NCBI GenBank assembly: GCA_963734545.1
Contig: CAVTHO010000007.1
Location: 352,001 to 416,000 of the forward strand
Length of the DNA: 64,000 bases
Direction: 5' to 3'
Source of the DNA: an uncultured Spirochaetota bacterium
GTDB taxonomy: Bacteria > Spirochaetota > Spirochaetia > SZUA-6 > Fen-1364
The position numbers and the translations under genes were made by a program. Under the pieces are notes generated by a model. The model was not told the DNA's origin and did not search any database. It worked only from the letters and a program-made list of their open reading frames with translations. Positions 9,375 through 18,734 of this stretch are shown piece after piece (the stretch's first letter is position 1; each line of letters starts with the position of its first letter).

Positions 9375-11044
9375 TGGCGCGCGGCAGTCCCGTCCGTCCC
9401 GCGGCGCGCGCGTCGCATCGCACCACGGCCCGGCATTCTTCGTCTCCGCCCGCGCGCCGTACGACCAGGCGGCGGGCGGCCCGGCGTCCTCCCGCGCCGG
9501 CGCCTGCCAGGAGTGAGGTGCCGCGGGCCGCGATTCTCCTTCCCCTGATTCTCCTGCTTGCGGCCGCCCTGCTTCTGCTGCCTTCGGCGGGGCGGATTTC
9601 TCCGAAGCCCACGTCCATCTGGCGCGGCTTCCAGACCCTCCTGGTGCGGGGAAGCGCCGCGAAAGCGGAATCCATGTCAGCGCTTGCCGTTCGGCTCGGG
9701 CCGGGAGTCGTCTCCGAAGTCACCGCGCCGTTTGAGTTCTGGGACTTTACCGGTCTCTCCACGGCGACCTACCGGGACCTGAATCTTCGACTGGATCCAC
9801 AGGACCCGCGTCGGGACAGATTCATCGATGGCGCGGTCGGGTATTTCCTTGCTGCCGACAGGCAGGGGGAGTGGCACATCCTCTACATCCCCGCGGTGCA
9901 AACTAGCTTCCGTCTCTGGATTCGGATCTCGGGTGCGCTGGGGCTCCCCTTCCGGGGAGAATGGCGGTTGGTCGAGTTTGATCCCTTGGGCAAATTGCTT
10001 TCGCTCGGAGCGCTGTTCGGGCTTGCTGTTCTGCTCGCGCTCGCGCAGGAGGAGAGAAGACGCGCCGCGCTCGCCTTCGCCCTTGCCGGCGCGCTTCTGT
10101 GGACGCCCTTCCTCCTGTCGGGCGGGTTGGCCCGGTTTGCACTTACCTTGATTCTCCTGCCGGCCTGGTTCCCCCTGACCGGGGCCGACATCTCCCTGGC
10201 CGGAGACGCCAGGGAGTTCGCCCGATTGAAAAGACCGCTCCTCATCTACGGCAGCGCCGCCGTCTTGTCGTGTGGGCTTCTTCTGGTCACTTCCGGTGTT
10301 TCCGGTTCAAATCTCGCGGGCTTTCTCTCGCCGTTTGCCGTTTCGATTCTGATGCTCCTGCTGCCGGCGGTCATGCGGGGAAAAGGTCGCCGGTACAGCG
10401 GCCGCATGATATTCGAGCCGGTGCCCATTGTGCGGCCGAGGAGCGACGCCCTTCGAAGCCGGCCGCTGGCGCTCATGTGCGCCGCGGCAAGCCTCGTTCT
10501 CATCGGTCTTCTCTTCTTCGTGCGGGGGCCGGCGCTTCCCACTCCGTTGCCGGTCGCACGTGCCACGGACTTTTCCTGGGGCGCCCTGGACAGGATGAAA
10601 CGGGCGAGCCCCGCCCCGGTGCTGCCCGACTTTCTCGGCCTCGTGACTCATGCGGCGTTCCAGGAAACCATTGCATTCGGGAGACCCTGGAGACCACCGG
10701 AAATGGACGAGCGGGTGTACATTCGCGAGTTCACTCTGAACCCCCTGACGGGCGCCACGATGGCACGCCAGAGGATCGTCAAGGTATTCGACGCGACATG
10801 GCTCGCGAGCGTGCAGCGGCGTTCGACGCCGGGAAGCCTGGGCGCGTTATTCTACGCACAGGGGCGTCCCACGATAACCGCGTTGCGCGGTCCGGAGAGC
10901 GCCTCCCTGCGCGAGCTGCCCGCCGCGTTCGTGGTGCTCATGGCGTTCCTCGCGTGGCTGCGGAGGGACCTCATCCGTGGACCCTTGATCCGCGCCAATC
11001 TTCTGCGCTTAAATAGCTCGGCGCGGCGAAACCAGGCTCAATGA
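9374..11044 (+). CDS. multi-pass membrane hypothetical protein
   Basis: Long ORF with several hydrophobic segments; start and stop overlap both neighbours. Confidence 0.6.
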   Translation: MARGSPVRPAARASHRTTARHSSSPPARRTTRRRAARRPPAPAPARSEVPRAAILLPLILLLAAALLLLPSAGRISPKPTSIWRGFQTLLVRGSAAKAESMSALAVRLGPGVVSEVTAPFEFWDFTGLSTATYRDLNLRLDPQDPRRDRFIDGAVGYFLAADRQGEWHILYIPAVQTSFRLWIRISGALGLPFRGEWRLVEFDPLGKLLSLGALFGLAVLLALAQEERRRAALAFALAGALLWTPFLLSGGLARFALTLILLPAWFPLTGADISLAGDAREFARLKRPLLIYGSAAVLSCGLLLVTSGVSGSNLAGFLSPFAVSILMLLLPAVMRGKGRRYSGRMIFEPVPIVRPRSDALRSRPLALMCAAASLVLIGLLFFVRGPALPTPLPVARATDFSWGALDRMKRASPAPVLPDFLGLVTHAAFQETIAFGRPWRPPEMDERVYIREFTLNPLTGATMARQRIVKVFDATWLASVQRRSTPGSLGALFYAQGRPTITALRGPESASLRELPAAFVVLMAFLAWLRRDLIRGPLIRANLLRLNSSARRNQAQ

Positions 11045-12351
11045 CACACGCGAACAGTCTCCTCAGGGGCGGGGTGAACCCGCCGGACACCAGCCTCATC
11101 TCCCGGGAGGCGGCGATTGCGAACGCGGTCGTGCCGTCTGTCGCCGTGATCCCGATGCTTCAGCATGCCGGTCGCGCGGCCATCTGCGTCGTGAAGCCCG
11201 GTGATCTCGTGCGCGAGGGAATGCTCATCGGCAGGGCGGACGGGATACGTTCCGCAAACGTCCACTCATCGATCCCGGGGCGGGTCGTGGAAGTACGGCG
11301 CCTCCCGCAGCCGGCAGGATGTGATGCGGCAGTGATCGAGCTCGGCGGCGAGTTCGACAGATCCGGAAAGCCGCGGACGCTCCACGGCTGGGAGAAGCTT
11401 TCGCGCATCGATCTGCTGGGCAGGATTCAATCGGCGGGCGTCGTCGGTCTCGGGGGTGAGCTCGTTCCCACGCACCTGAAGCTCGCAACCATGGCCGGCA
11501 AGGCAGGCTCCCTCCTTGTCGCAAACGGAATCGATTGTGAGCCCTCCCTCAGCGCGGACTTCGCGCTCATGCGGGAAAAACCCGTTGAGATCGTCGAGGC
11601 CCTGCGCATCTGCCAGGCCCTTGTGGGCGCGGCGCGGGTCGTGCTCGCCCTGGGCGAGGATGCGGAAGGGCTGGTGCCGGAGTTCGAGCGCGCGTTCAAG
11701 AGGGCCGGCCTGCCGGGCGAGACAGCGCTGATGCCCTCGCGCTATCCGCAGGGAAACGAGCAGCTCGTTCTGTCCTCCCTCGACGGGGTGCGGCCGTCCG
11801 GACCCCGCGCGCCGTCCGTTGTGCTCAATGTCGCCACGCTCTTTGCCGTCTACGAAGCTGTCGTCATGGACAAGCCGCTGATCGAGCGAGTGCTCACGGT
11901 GACGGGAACGTCCGTGGCGGCACCGCGCAACCTCAAGGCCAGGCTGGGCACTCCGGTCGGTGACCTCTTCGATGACTGTGGAGGCCTCACGACGCCGGCC
12001 GGCAAGATCGTCGTCGGCGGCCCGATGAGGGGGGTGGCAATTGCCTCCCTGGACGTCCCCGTGACCAAAGGCACTGCCGGCGTCACCGTTTTTGCAGGCG
12101 CAGAGGCGCGCACCCGCAAGGAATGGCCGTGCATCCATTGCGGGATCTGCGTGGAGGTCTGCCCCTGGGAGCTGGTTCCCACACGGCTCCACAAGCTCAT
12201 CCAGCAGGGAGAAATCGAGACCGCGATGAGTGAAGGCCTGGGTCACTGCACGGAATGCGGATGCTGCGCGTTCGCCTGCCCGTCCCACATCCCGCTCGTG
12301 GATATCCTGCGGACCGGGAAGCGGTCCCGAGGGCGAGTGGTCGATGGCTGA
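11041..12351 (+). CDS. rnfC: Rnf complex subunit C
   Basis: QHAG, AGVVGLGG, NGIDCEP, YPQG, GGPMRG; two 4Fe-4S motifs CIHCGICVEVCP and CTECGCCAFACP. Confidence 0.9.
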   Translation: MTHANSLLRGGVNPPDTSLISREAAIANAVVPSVAVIPMLQHAGRAAICVVKPGDLVREGMLIGRADGIRSANVHSSIPGRVVEVRRLPQPAGCDAAVIELGGEFDRSGKPRTLHGWEKLSRIDLLGRIQSAGVVGLGGELVPTHLKLATMAGKAGSLLVANGIDCEPSLSADFALMREKPVEIVEALRICQALVGAARVVLALGEDAEGLVPEFERAFKRAGLPGETALMPSRYPQGNEQLVLSSLDGVRPSGPRAPSVVLNVATLFAVYEAVVMDKPLIERVLTVTGTSVAAPRNLKARLGTPVGDLFDDCGGLTTPAGKIVVGGPMRGVAIASLDVPVTKGTAGVTVFAGAEARTRKEWPCIHCGICVEVCPWELVPTRLHKLIQQGEIETAMSEGLGHCTECGCCAFACPSHIPLVDILRTGKRSRGRVVDG

Positions 12352-13460
12352 TACGAGCACCACGCGCGCGCCCGGCAGGCTTATCCTGTCTCCCGCGCCC
12401 CATCTCGGCGCCCCCACATCCGCCGCACGCATGACGTGGCTTGTCAGCCTGTCGCTGATTCCCGCGTCAGTCTGGGGCAGTGTTTCTCTTCGGGTTTCCC
12501 GCCGTGCGGGTCATCCTGGCTTCGCTCTGCGCCGCGCTCATCGCGGAGGTCGCTTCCTCGGCTCTGTTCCGTCGGTTCACTCTCGGGGACGGCAGCGCGT
12601 TCCTCACCGGATTGCTCGTGGGCCTCCTGATGCCTGCCGGCGTGCCATTGTACGTGCCGGCAGCTGCCGCCGCATTCGCCATTCTCGTCGTCAAGCAAAG
12701 CTTCGGGGGCCTGGGCCGGAACTGGATGAACCCGGCCCTGGGAGGCGTGGTGTTCGCCCTGCTCTCGTGGAGCAGCTCAATGACGCGCTGGGCGCCCGTG
12801 GGGGACGCTTCCGCGGGCACGGCCGCCGTGCCGCCGCTGGAAGCCCTGCGTTCTTGGCTCGTCGGCTTCGGGCGCGGTCGGGAGACCTCTGGATGTCCTT
12901 GCGAGCCACGGATATGTCTTCAGCGGCCTGGACGGGAGGATCGTTTCCTGGCTCAACGCGCACATACTTTCGCCGATCCATGCCGACCCTGGCCGCAGGT
13001 TCTTTCGACATTCTCGTCGGGTACGTGCCCGGGCCGCATAGGCGAGGTGTCCGCTCCCCTGCTTCTGCTGGGCGCGGCATTCCTTGTTTCGAGGCGAATC
13101 GTGCGCTGGCAGGTGCCGGTCGCCTATGTCGGCTCATTTGCCCTTCTCACCCTGGTTTTCGGCGGTTTTGCCGGGGGACAAGGCTGGTTTTCCGGAGGCG
13201 CCCTGTTTCACGTTCTTTCCGGCAGTCTCATCCTCGGCGCATTCTTCATGGCGGGAGACCCGGTGACTTCGCCCCTGGCGCCAACAGGAAAGTGGATCTA
13301 TGGGATCGGACTCGGCCTGTTCACTTTCCTGCTCCGCTTCTACGGCGCTCTGGGGGACGGGGTGGCTGTCTCCGTCCTCCTGGGCAACTGCGCGGTGCCG
13401 TTCCTCGACAGGCTTCTTCAGCCGCGCGCGCCTGCCGGCGCGCGGGAGGGCAGTGCATGA
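12344..13460 (+). CDS. rnfD: Rnf complex subunit D (several indels)
   Basis: SPAPH, DGSAFLTG, FGGLGRNWMNPA, GEVSA, GAFFMAGDPVTSP, spread over frames. Confidence 0.85.
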
Positions 13461-14105
13461 CCCCGAGTGAAGTATTGAGCAGAGGGATCGCCCGGGAGAA
13501 CCCGACCGCAGTGCTTCTCCTCGGCCTGTGCCCCGCGGCTGCCGTGTCGGTGCGAGTCATCGACTCCCTCTGGATGTCGGCAGGTGTCTTTTCGATCATG
13601 CTGCTGTCCAGTCTCTGCATGACCCTCATCGCGCCGAGAAGAACGGACGCGGATGAGAAGGGGCCTGCGGCGGCTGCCGGAGGATGGCTGGCCGCGCTCG
13701 TGCTTTCCTCCTTTCTCACGGCATCATTCGAGCTCGTGCTCCTCGGGGTCGCCCCGGAGGCAAGCGCCACCCTGGGTATCTATGCCCCCCTGATCGCGGT
13801 GAACTGCCTGGTCCTCACGGTGATCGACGAGAGCGCGCGCGGCCCCCTCAACGGGACGTGCACTCCTGGACGCGGCCGGCAAGGGAGCGGGATTCGCCGC
13901 CTGCCTTCTCCTCATCGGCGTGGTCCGTGAAGTGCTGGGCGCCGGGACGATCACCCTCTTTCCTCTCCCGGGGTTTTCGGGGACCTTTGTGATCGGCTCC
14001 CTTTCCCGTGACCCGGCGCGCGCCCTCAGCTTTGCCGGCGGCGGCCTGCTCTGCCTTGGCTACCTCGCGGCCCTGGCGCGCGTGGTGAAGGGACGGCGGC
14101 TGTGA
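13457..14105 (+). CDS. rnfE: Rnf complex subunit E (frameshift near 13860)
   Basis: ENPTAVLLLGLCP, LGIYAPLIAVNC, VREVLGAGT. Confidence 0.85.
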
Positions 14106-14695
14106 GCTGGGTGGGGATCATCCTCCTGTTTGCCCTGGTCGACAACGTCATTCTCTCGCGTCTGCTCGGCATCTGCCCGCGTGTGGGGGGCGCAGGGAAC
14201 ATGCGCGCCGTTCTGGCGATCGGCGTATCGACAGCCGTGCTCATGGCCGTCTCCGCCCTCGCCGGTTGGGCTATCGACACGCTGGTGCTGGATCCGCTTC
14301 GGGTCGGCTTCCTCCGCACCCCCGCGTTCGTGCTGGCGGTCGCGGGTCTCGCGTTCTTTCTCCAGGCAATGGCTTCCCGCATTTCGCCCGTTCTCGTGCG
14401 CACTTCCGGCTTCTCCCTGCCGGGCGTGGCCATCAACTGCGCCACGCTCGGGATCGTCCTCATCACGACGCGCGGGGGGTACACGGCCGCCGAGAGTCTC
14501 ATCGCGGGACTCGCGGCAGGGCTCGGCTTCATGCTCGTGCGTGCCCTGATGTCCGCCATCAGCGAACGGCTGGCAATCGAGCGGATTCCCCGGGCCTTGA
14601 GCGGGTTTCCGCTCGAATTGATATCGGCGGGTCTCATGGCATACGCGTTCATGGCATTCGACCGCGCGTTTCTTGCGCGTATCCTCGGCGGATAG
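14102..14695 (+). CDS. rnfA: Rnf complex subunit A
   Basis: NVILSRLLGICP, INCATLG, LISAGLMAYAF. Confidence 0.85.
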   Translation: MSWVGIILLFALVDNVILSRLLGICPRVGGAGNMRAVLAIGVSTAVLMAVSALAGWAIDTLVLDPLRVGFLRTPAFVLAVAGLAFFLQAMASRISPVLVRTSGFSLPGVAINCATLGIVLITTRGGYTAAESLIAGLAAGLGFMLVRALMSAISERLAIERIPRALSGFPLELISAGLMAYAFMAFDRAFLARILGG

Positions 14696-14705
14696 GATCC
14701 GGATC

Positions 14706-16738
14706 ATGGGAAAGGTCGGAATCATCATCGGCACGCACAACCATCTGCCCCTGGGACTGGACCAGGCGGGTGCGGAGCTCCTGTACCAGCAGGCGTTCAA
14801 GCCCCTGCTGGCCGTCCTGTACCGCTACCCGGGATTCCCCGTCACTCTTCATTACAGCGGTATCCTGATGGAGTGGCTGGAGCAGCTTCATCCCGAGTTC
14901 CTGACCCTGCTCGCTGAAATGGTCAGACGCGGGCAGGTCGAGGTGCTGGGGGGAGGGTACTATGATCCCATCCTTCCCTTGATCCCGACGAATGACAAGC
15001 TCGGCCAGCTGGAGAAAATGACCACGCTGCTGCGCGTCCGGTTCGAAACGCGACCGCGCGGCTGCTGGATAGCGGAGAAGGTGTGGGAGCCGTCACTGGC
15101 CTCCGTGCTTCGCGCGAGCGGCATCGACTACACGTTCGTGGACGACGGCCAGTTCAGAATCGCGGGCGTGCCCGAGGCCGGACTCTGGCGGCCCTGCATC
15201 ACCGAAGACCAGGGAAAGACCATTTCTCTCCTTGCCGTCTCGGGGGCCCTGCCCGCCCTCGCCGCGAGCGCCGGCCCGGCGGAGGTAATAGCCTTTCTCA
15301 AGGAGCTGCCCCGGAGCGGCGATGGCAGCCCGGTGGCGGTGTATCTGGATGACGGGATTGCCGCGCCGAAAACCCTGCTCAGGAACGGCTGGCTGGAGGA
15401 GTTCATCGCGCGCGCGGCGGAGAACACCGACTGGCTGGAACCCTCCACCCCGGGACTCTATCTGAGAGGCAATCCTCCCACCCGCCGGATTTTCGTTCCG
15501 TCCAGCTCGTCGATGGAAATGATGCAGTGGGCGCTGTCTCGCGACCGCCGCACGGCATTCAAAGAGCTGCGCCAGCGCTCTGCGTCGCCGGAGCACGACC
15601 GCCAGTTCATGGTGGGAGGCCAGTTCCGGCAGTTCCTCATCCGCTATCCCGAAGCCTGGCTCATGTACGCCAAAATGATGAACACGCACGTACTCGTGAA
15701 TCAGGTACGGGGCGATAAATACAAGAAGAAAGCGGCGCAGAACGAGCTCTGGAAAGGGCAAAGCCACCATGCATACTGGCACGGCGGAAGCGGGGGAATC
15801 TACGAGAACGCCCTGCGCAAGTCGGTGTACCAGTCGCTGATCGAGGCGGAAAAGATCACCCGGGCCACGGAAATTTTCGCTCCTTCCATCATCAGCGTCG
15901 ACTACGACATGGACAATTGCAATGAGTACCTCTACCAGGGCTCGGAGCTCAACGCATACATCCATTCCCGCGGCGGGGCCATGTTCGAGCTGGATTTTCT
16001 GCCTTCTTCATGGAACTACCTCGACACCATGATGACCGGGAAGAAGAATGCGGCGAGGGGCTCGACGGCGTCTCACCCCGCGGGGAGGAGCCGTCCTGCG
16101 CGTATCAGAGGAAGGCTTTCATCGATCACTTTTTCACGGACGGCTGCGCGCTTCGGGATTTCGAGTCGGGGCGTCACACCGAGGCGGGGGATTTCGTGGC
16201 AGGGCTGTACGAGCTGGTGGATCTCAACCGCGCGCTGCCGGAGCTCCTCATGCGCCGCACGGGCTCCATTTCCGTCGGGGGCGTTGCCCAGGCGGCGGGC
16301 ATAGAAAAGCGATTCGTTTTCCGTCCCCGCTCGATCGACGTGTACTACCGGGTCTCCAATCTCGGTCCCGCCGACATCACGACACGATTCGGAGTCGAGA
16401 TCAACCTTTCGCTCGCCGCGCGATCCGCCGACTGCGGAAGGCTCTTTCTCCTCGACGAGGACAGGAAAAGGGAGATCGAATCTGAAGCCACCGAGATCGA
16501 GGGAGTGAAGGGCCTGCTGGTGCGCGACGTGCGAAACGAGGTCTCCGTCACCCTGTCGTCCGCCCGGGAGTTTCGCTGCTGGAGCATTCCCGTGGAGACC
16601 ATGACATCCGACACGGCTGCCGGCGCCCGCGTGTTCCAGTCGTACTGCTTCGTGCCGCAGTGGGATCTGCGGCTTGCGGTCGGAGAGGCATGGGAAAATC
16701 ACATGAGCGTCGGTTTCGAGAAGACTCAGGGGCCATAG
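14706..16738 (+). CDS. GH57 alpha-amylase / 4-alpha-glucanotransferase (frameshift near 16040)
   Basis: HNHLP, GGGYYDPIL, GCWIAEKVWE (catalytic Glu), AYWHG; DUF1926-like C-terminal beta domain in ORF 16010-16738. Confidence 0.85.
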
Positions 16739-16900
16739 CCATGGACGGCGAGGGCGAGCGAGTGCAGGGACGACACGAAAGCGAGGCCGTAGCCATGGAC
16801 GGCGAGGGCGAGCGAGTGCAGGGACGCACAAAAGTGAGCCCGTAGGCATGGACGGCGAGGGCGAGCGAGTGCAGGGATGCGCGTAAGGAAGAGCCCATAG
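16736..16900 (+). ncRNA. candidate CsrA/RsmA-binding structured RNA: 3 tandem 53-55 nt units, each with two ANGGAN-loop hairpins
   Basis: Units start at 16736, 16790 and 16843 with core TAG(C/G)CATGGACGGCGAGGGCGAGCGAGTGCAGGGA(C/T)G. Hairpins are GCC-ATGGAC-GGC and GTGC-AGGGAC-GCAC. The repeat is certain; RNA function is inferred. Confidence 0.45.
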
Positions 16901-16925
16901 GCCGGCAGCCGCGCGTGCGCGGCGC

Positions 16926-16951
16926 AGAATCCGCGGAGTACCGCGGCGCGC
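16926..16951. repeat. single copy of the hairpin repeat
   Basis: AGAATCCGCGGAGTACCGCGGCGCGC, directly abutting the stop codon at 16952. Confidence 0.9.
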
Positions 16952-18249
16952 TCAGTTGTCCGTCACCGCCAGCTTCTCGAAGCAGGCGTCCTTCCAGGAC
17001 TGCACTTCCGGGTAGTAATAGTCTTCGCTCAGAATGAACTCCATGAGCGCGTCGCGGGCCCTCTCCTGGAAGTAGTAGGTCTGACCGAGGTAGTACCGGG
17101 CATGCGCCTCGACCTGCGCGGTGCGCGGCAGACGCAGAAAATCAATCAGGCTCCTGGCAGGCTCCCGCCATGTCCCCCTCGCTGAAAGGACCCGTGATGA
17201 TAGCCTGCAAGCCGCGCAAGCTCGCCGTTGGGCAGTGGGCGTGGCATCCGAGGAAAGCACTTCCCGCGTCCGCTCCTTCACCGCGGGTGGCTGCACGTTT
17301 CTCATGAGGAGCCGGATCGATCTTTCTGTAGCGGGCGACACCTTTGTCTTTTCCGGGAGCTCCGGCAGCGTCGGGTCCGGCGAGCTGCAGCCCGTTCTGT
17401 ACGCCGAGGGTGACCACGAGGGACGGCAGAGGCATGGGCCTCCGCGCCGTGGGCAGCGAGGGGGAGGCCCTGCCGACTGAGACCGGGATCTGCACGGGGT
17501 CGACAGTCGTGTTGACTCCGCCTCACCAGTGTGGCCTGCCCGATTCTGTAGAGGCCGGCATCCATCACGGCAAACCAGTAGTCAACGCCGGGGAAGACCG
17601 GGAGAAAGTAGCTGGTTGTGCCCGGGTCGAGCTGCGTGACGGCTGTCGAGGTGAGGAGATCGTCGGGTTTCGAGAGGGGGGCAGTACCCCAGAAGAGGAG
17701 GAGATTACGGGCAGGGGAGGAGGAGGTGAAAGTGACGTCAACGCCATCTCCGACCGAGCTGACCCTGGCTTTGATGCCGCTTATCCGCGCGGCGAGCTCC
17801 TCTTCAGGCGCCGCTGACTGCCCCGATGCCGCCACGCTCGTCTTGTTGCGGTAGGGGATGAGAACAGGATAGAGGGTCCCGGCCGGGTCCTGGACGATGA
17901 CGGCGTAGAAATACCCCTTCTGATCGGGCGGCGTATCCACATAGAACTCCACCCCGGCATCCACTTTGGCTATGAGGAGCGCCTTCGAGAAACTCTGCGA
18001 CGTGATCTCCTCGGGCGACCGGTACACGACATAGAGGCCCTTGAGGTCCGGCGAGTCCTTCCAGGTCAGCTTGACCTGGAAGTCGATGACCTGGGCCTTC
18101 AGACGCGTGGCAAAAGGAGCGAAACCCGCTGTTTCCCGCTGGCCGGAGGGCGCTTCCTGGCCCGAAACAAGAATCGGGGCGAGGAGGAACGCGATCATGA
18201 CGATCGGGAACCGCATTCTGCCTGGTTTTCGGTCATGGTTCCCCCTCAT
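16952..18249 (-). CDS. exported protein with fibronectin-III-like domains and C-terminal TPR (indels near 17520 and 17370)
   Basis: AAGGAG RBS; signal peptide; VKLTWKDS...YVVYRS...YFYAV; TPR ARYYLGQTYY in ORF 16952-17341. Confidence 0.65.
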
Positions 18250-18271
18250 CCGTATCTCCTTCATACCAATG

Positions 18272-18298
18272 TTGTCGGCTTTCGGCGAGTTGTCTATA
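18272..18298 (-). promoter_or_regulatory. possible sigma28 (FliA)-type promoter
   Basis: Minus strand TATA-N15-GCCGACAA versus consensus TAAA-N15-GCCGATAA, about 23 nt upstream of the start at 18249. Confidence 0.4.
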
Positions 18299-18384
18299 AG
18301 GGGCGTACGAGGTGCCGGGAGCCTCTGGTGGAGGCGGGTGAAGACTTTACACGTCCGGGCCAATGCCTTTACATTCATGGGAGT

Positions 18385-18658
18385 ATGTTTGTCGCTGTCG
18401 CCTGCGATTTTGCGAACGACGACCATCGAAAGTCCGGGTACGACCTGCTGGCGCAATACGGCTTCCGAAAGGTGCTGAAGGACGCCTTCGAGAGCGCTAC
18501 GGTCTCGGAAACCGCGCTGAACCGGCTGAAAAAGGACCTGGACAGGATCGCGGACTCGTATGACAGCATCCGCCTTTACCAGTATCCTGTTGATGGCACG
18601 CTTGCCATCACCGGTTCTGAAGGAAAAAAAGTGGCGGCGGCTGATCGTCAAGTCATGA
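18385..18658 (+). CDS. orphan Cas2-like (Cas2/VapD fold) small protein, about 90 aa (one extra base near 18613)
   Basis: MFVAVACDF (Asp at position 8), YGFRKVLKDAFES, DSIRLYQY. Removing one base gives the C-terminus ITVLKEKKWRRLIVKS*. GGGAG RBS. Confidence 0.65.
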
Positions 18659-18660
18659 GC

Positions 18661-18710
18661 GCATGCACGGTACTCCGTGCATTTCTGTTAGCATGCACGG
18701 TATTCCGTGC
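18661..18710. repeat. 2 tandem (30-bp period) covariant hairpin repeats GCATGCACGG-TAYT-CCGTGC
   Basis: Copies at 18661 and 18691; stem sequence differs from other copies but pairing is kept. Confidence 0.85.
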
Positions 18711-18734
18711 GTGTACGTGATAGAAAGGAAAGAC

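Noticed and set aside
12230-13930. RnfD-RnfE fusion ORF
   Set aside because: Frame-hopping caused by indels; the two genes have separate starts and stops.
16736-16900. CRISPR mini-array (37-nt repeats, about 1.5 kb from a Cas2-like gene)
   Set aside because: The linkers are only 16-18 nt, share a GAG(G/C)CC(G/A) end and pair with the repeat. There is no leader and no cas1.
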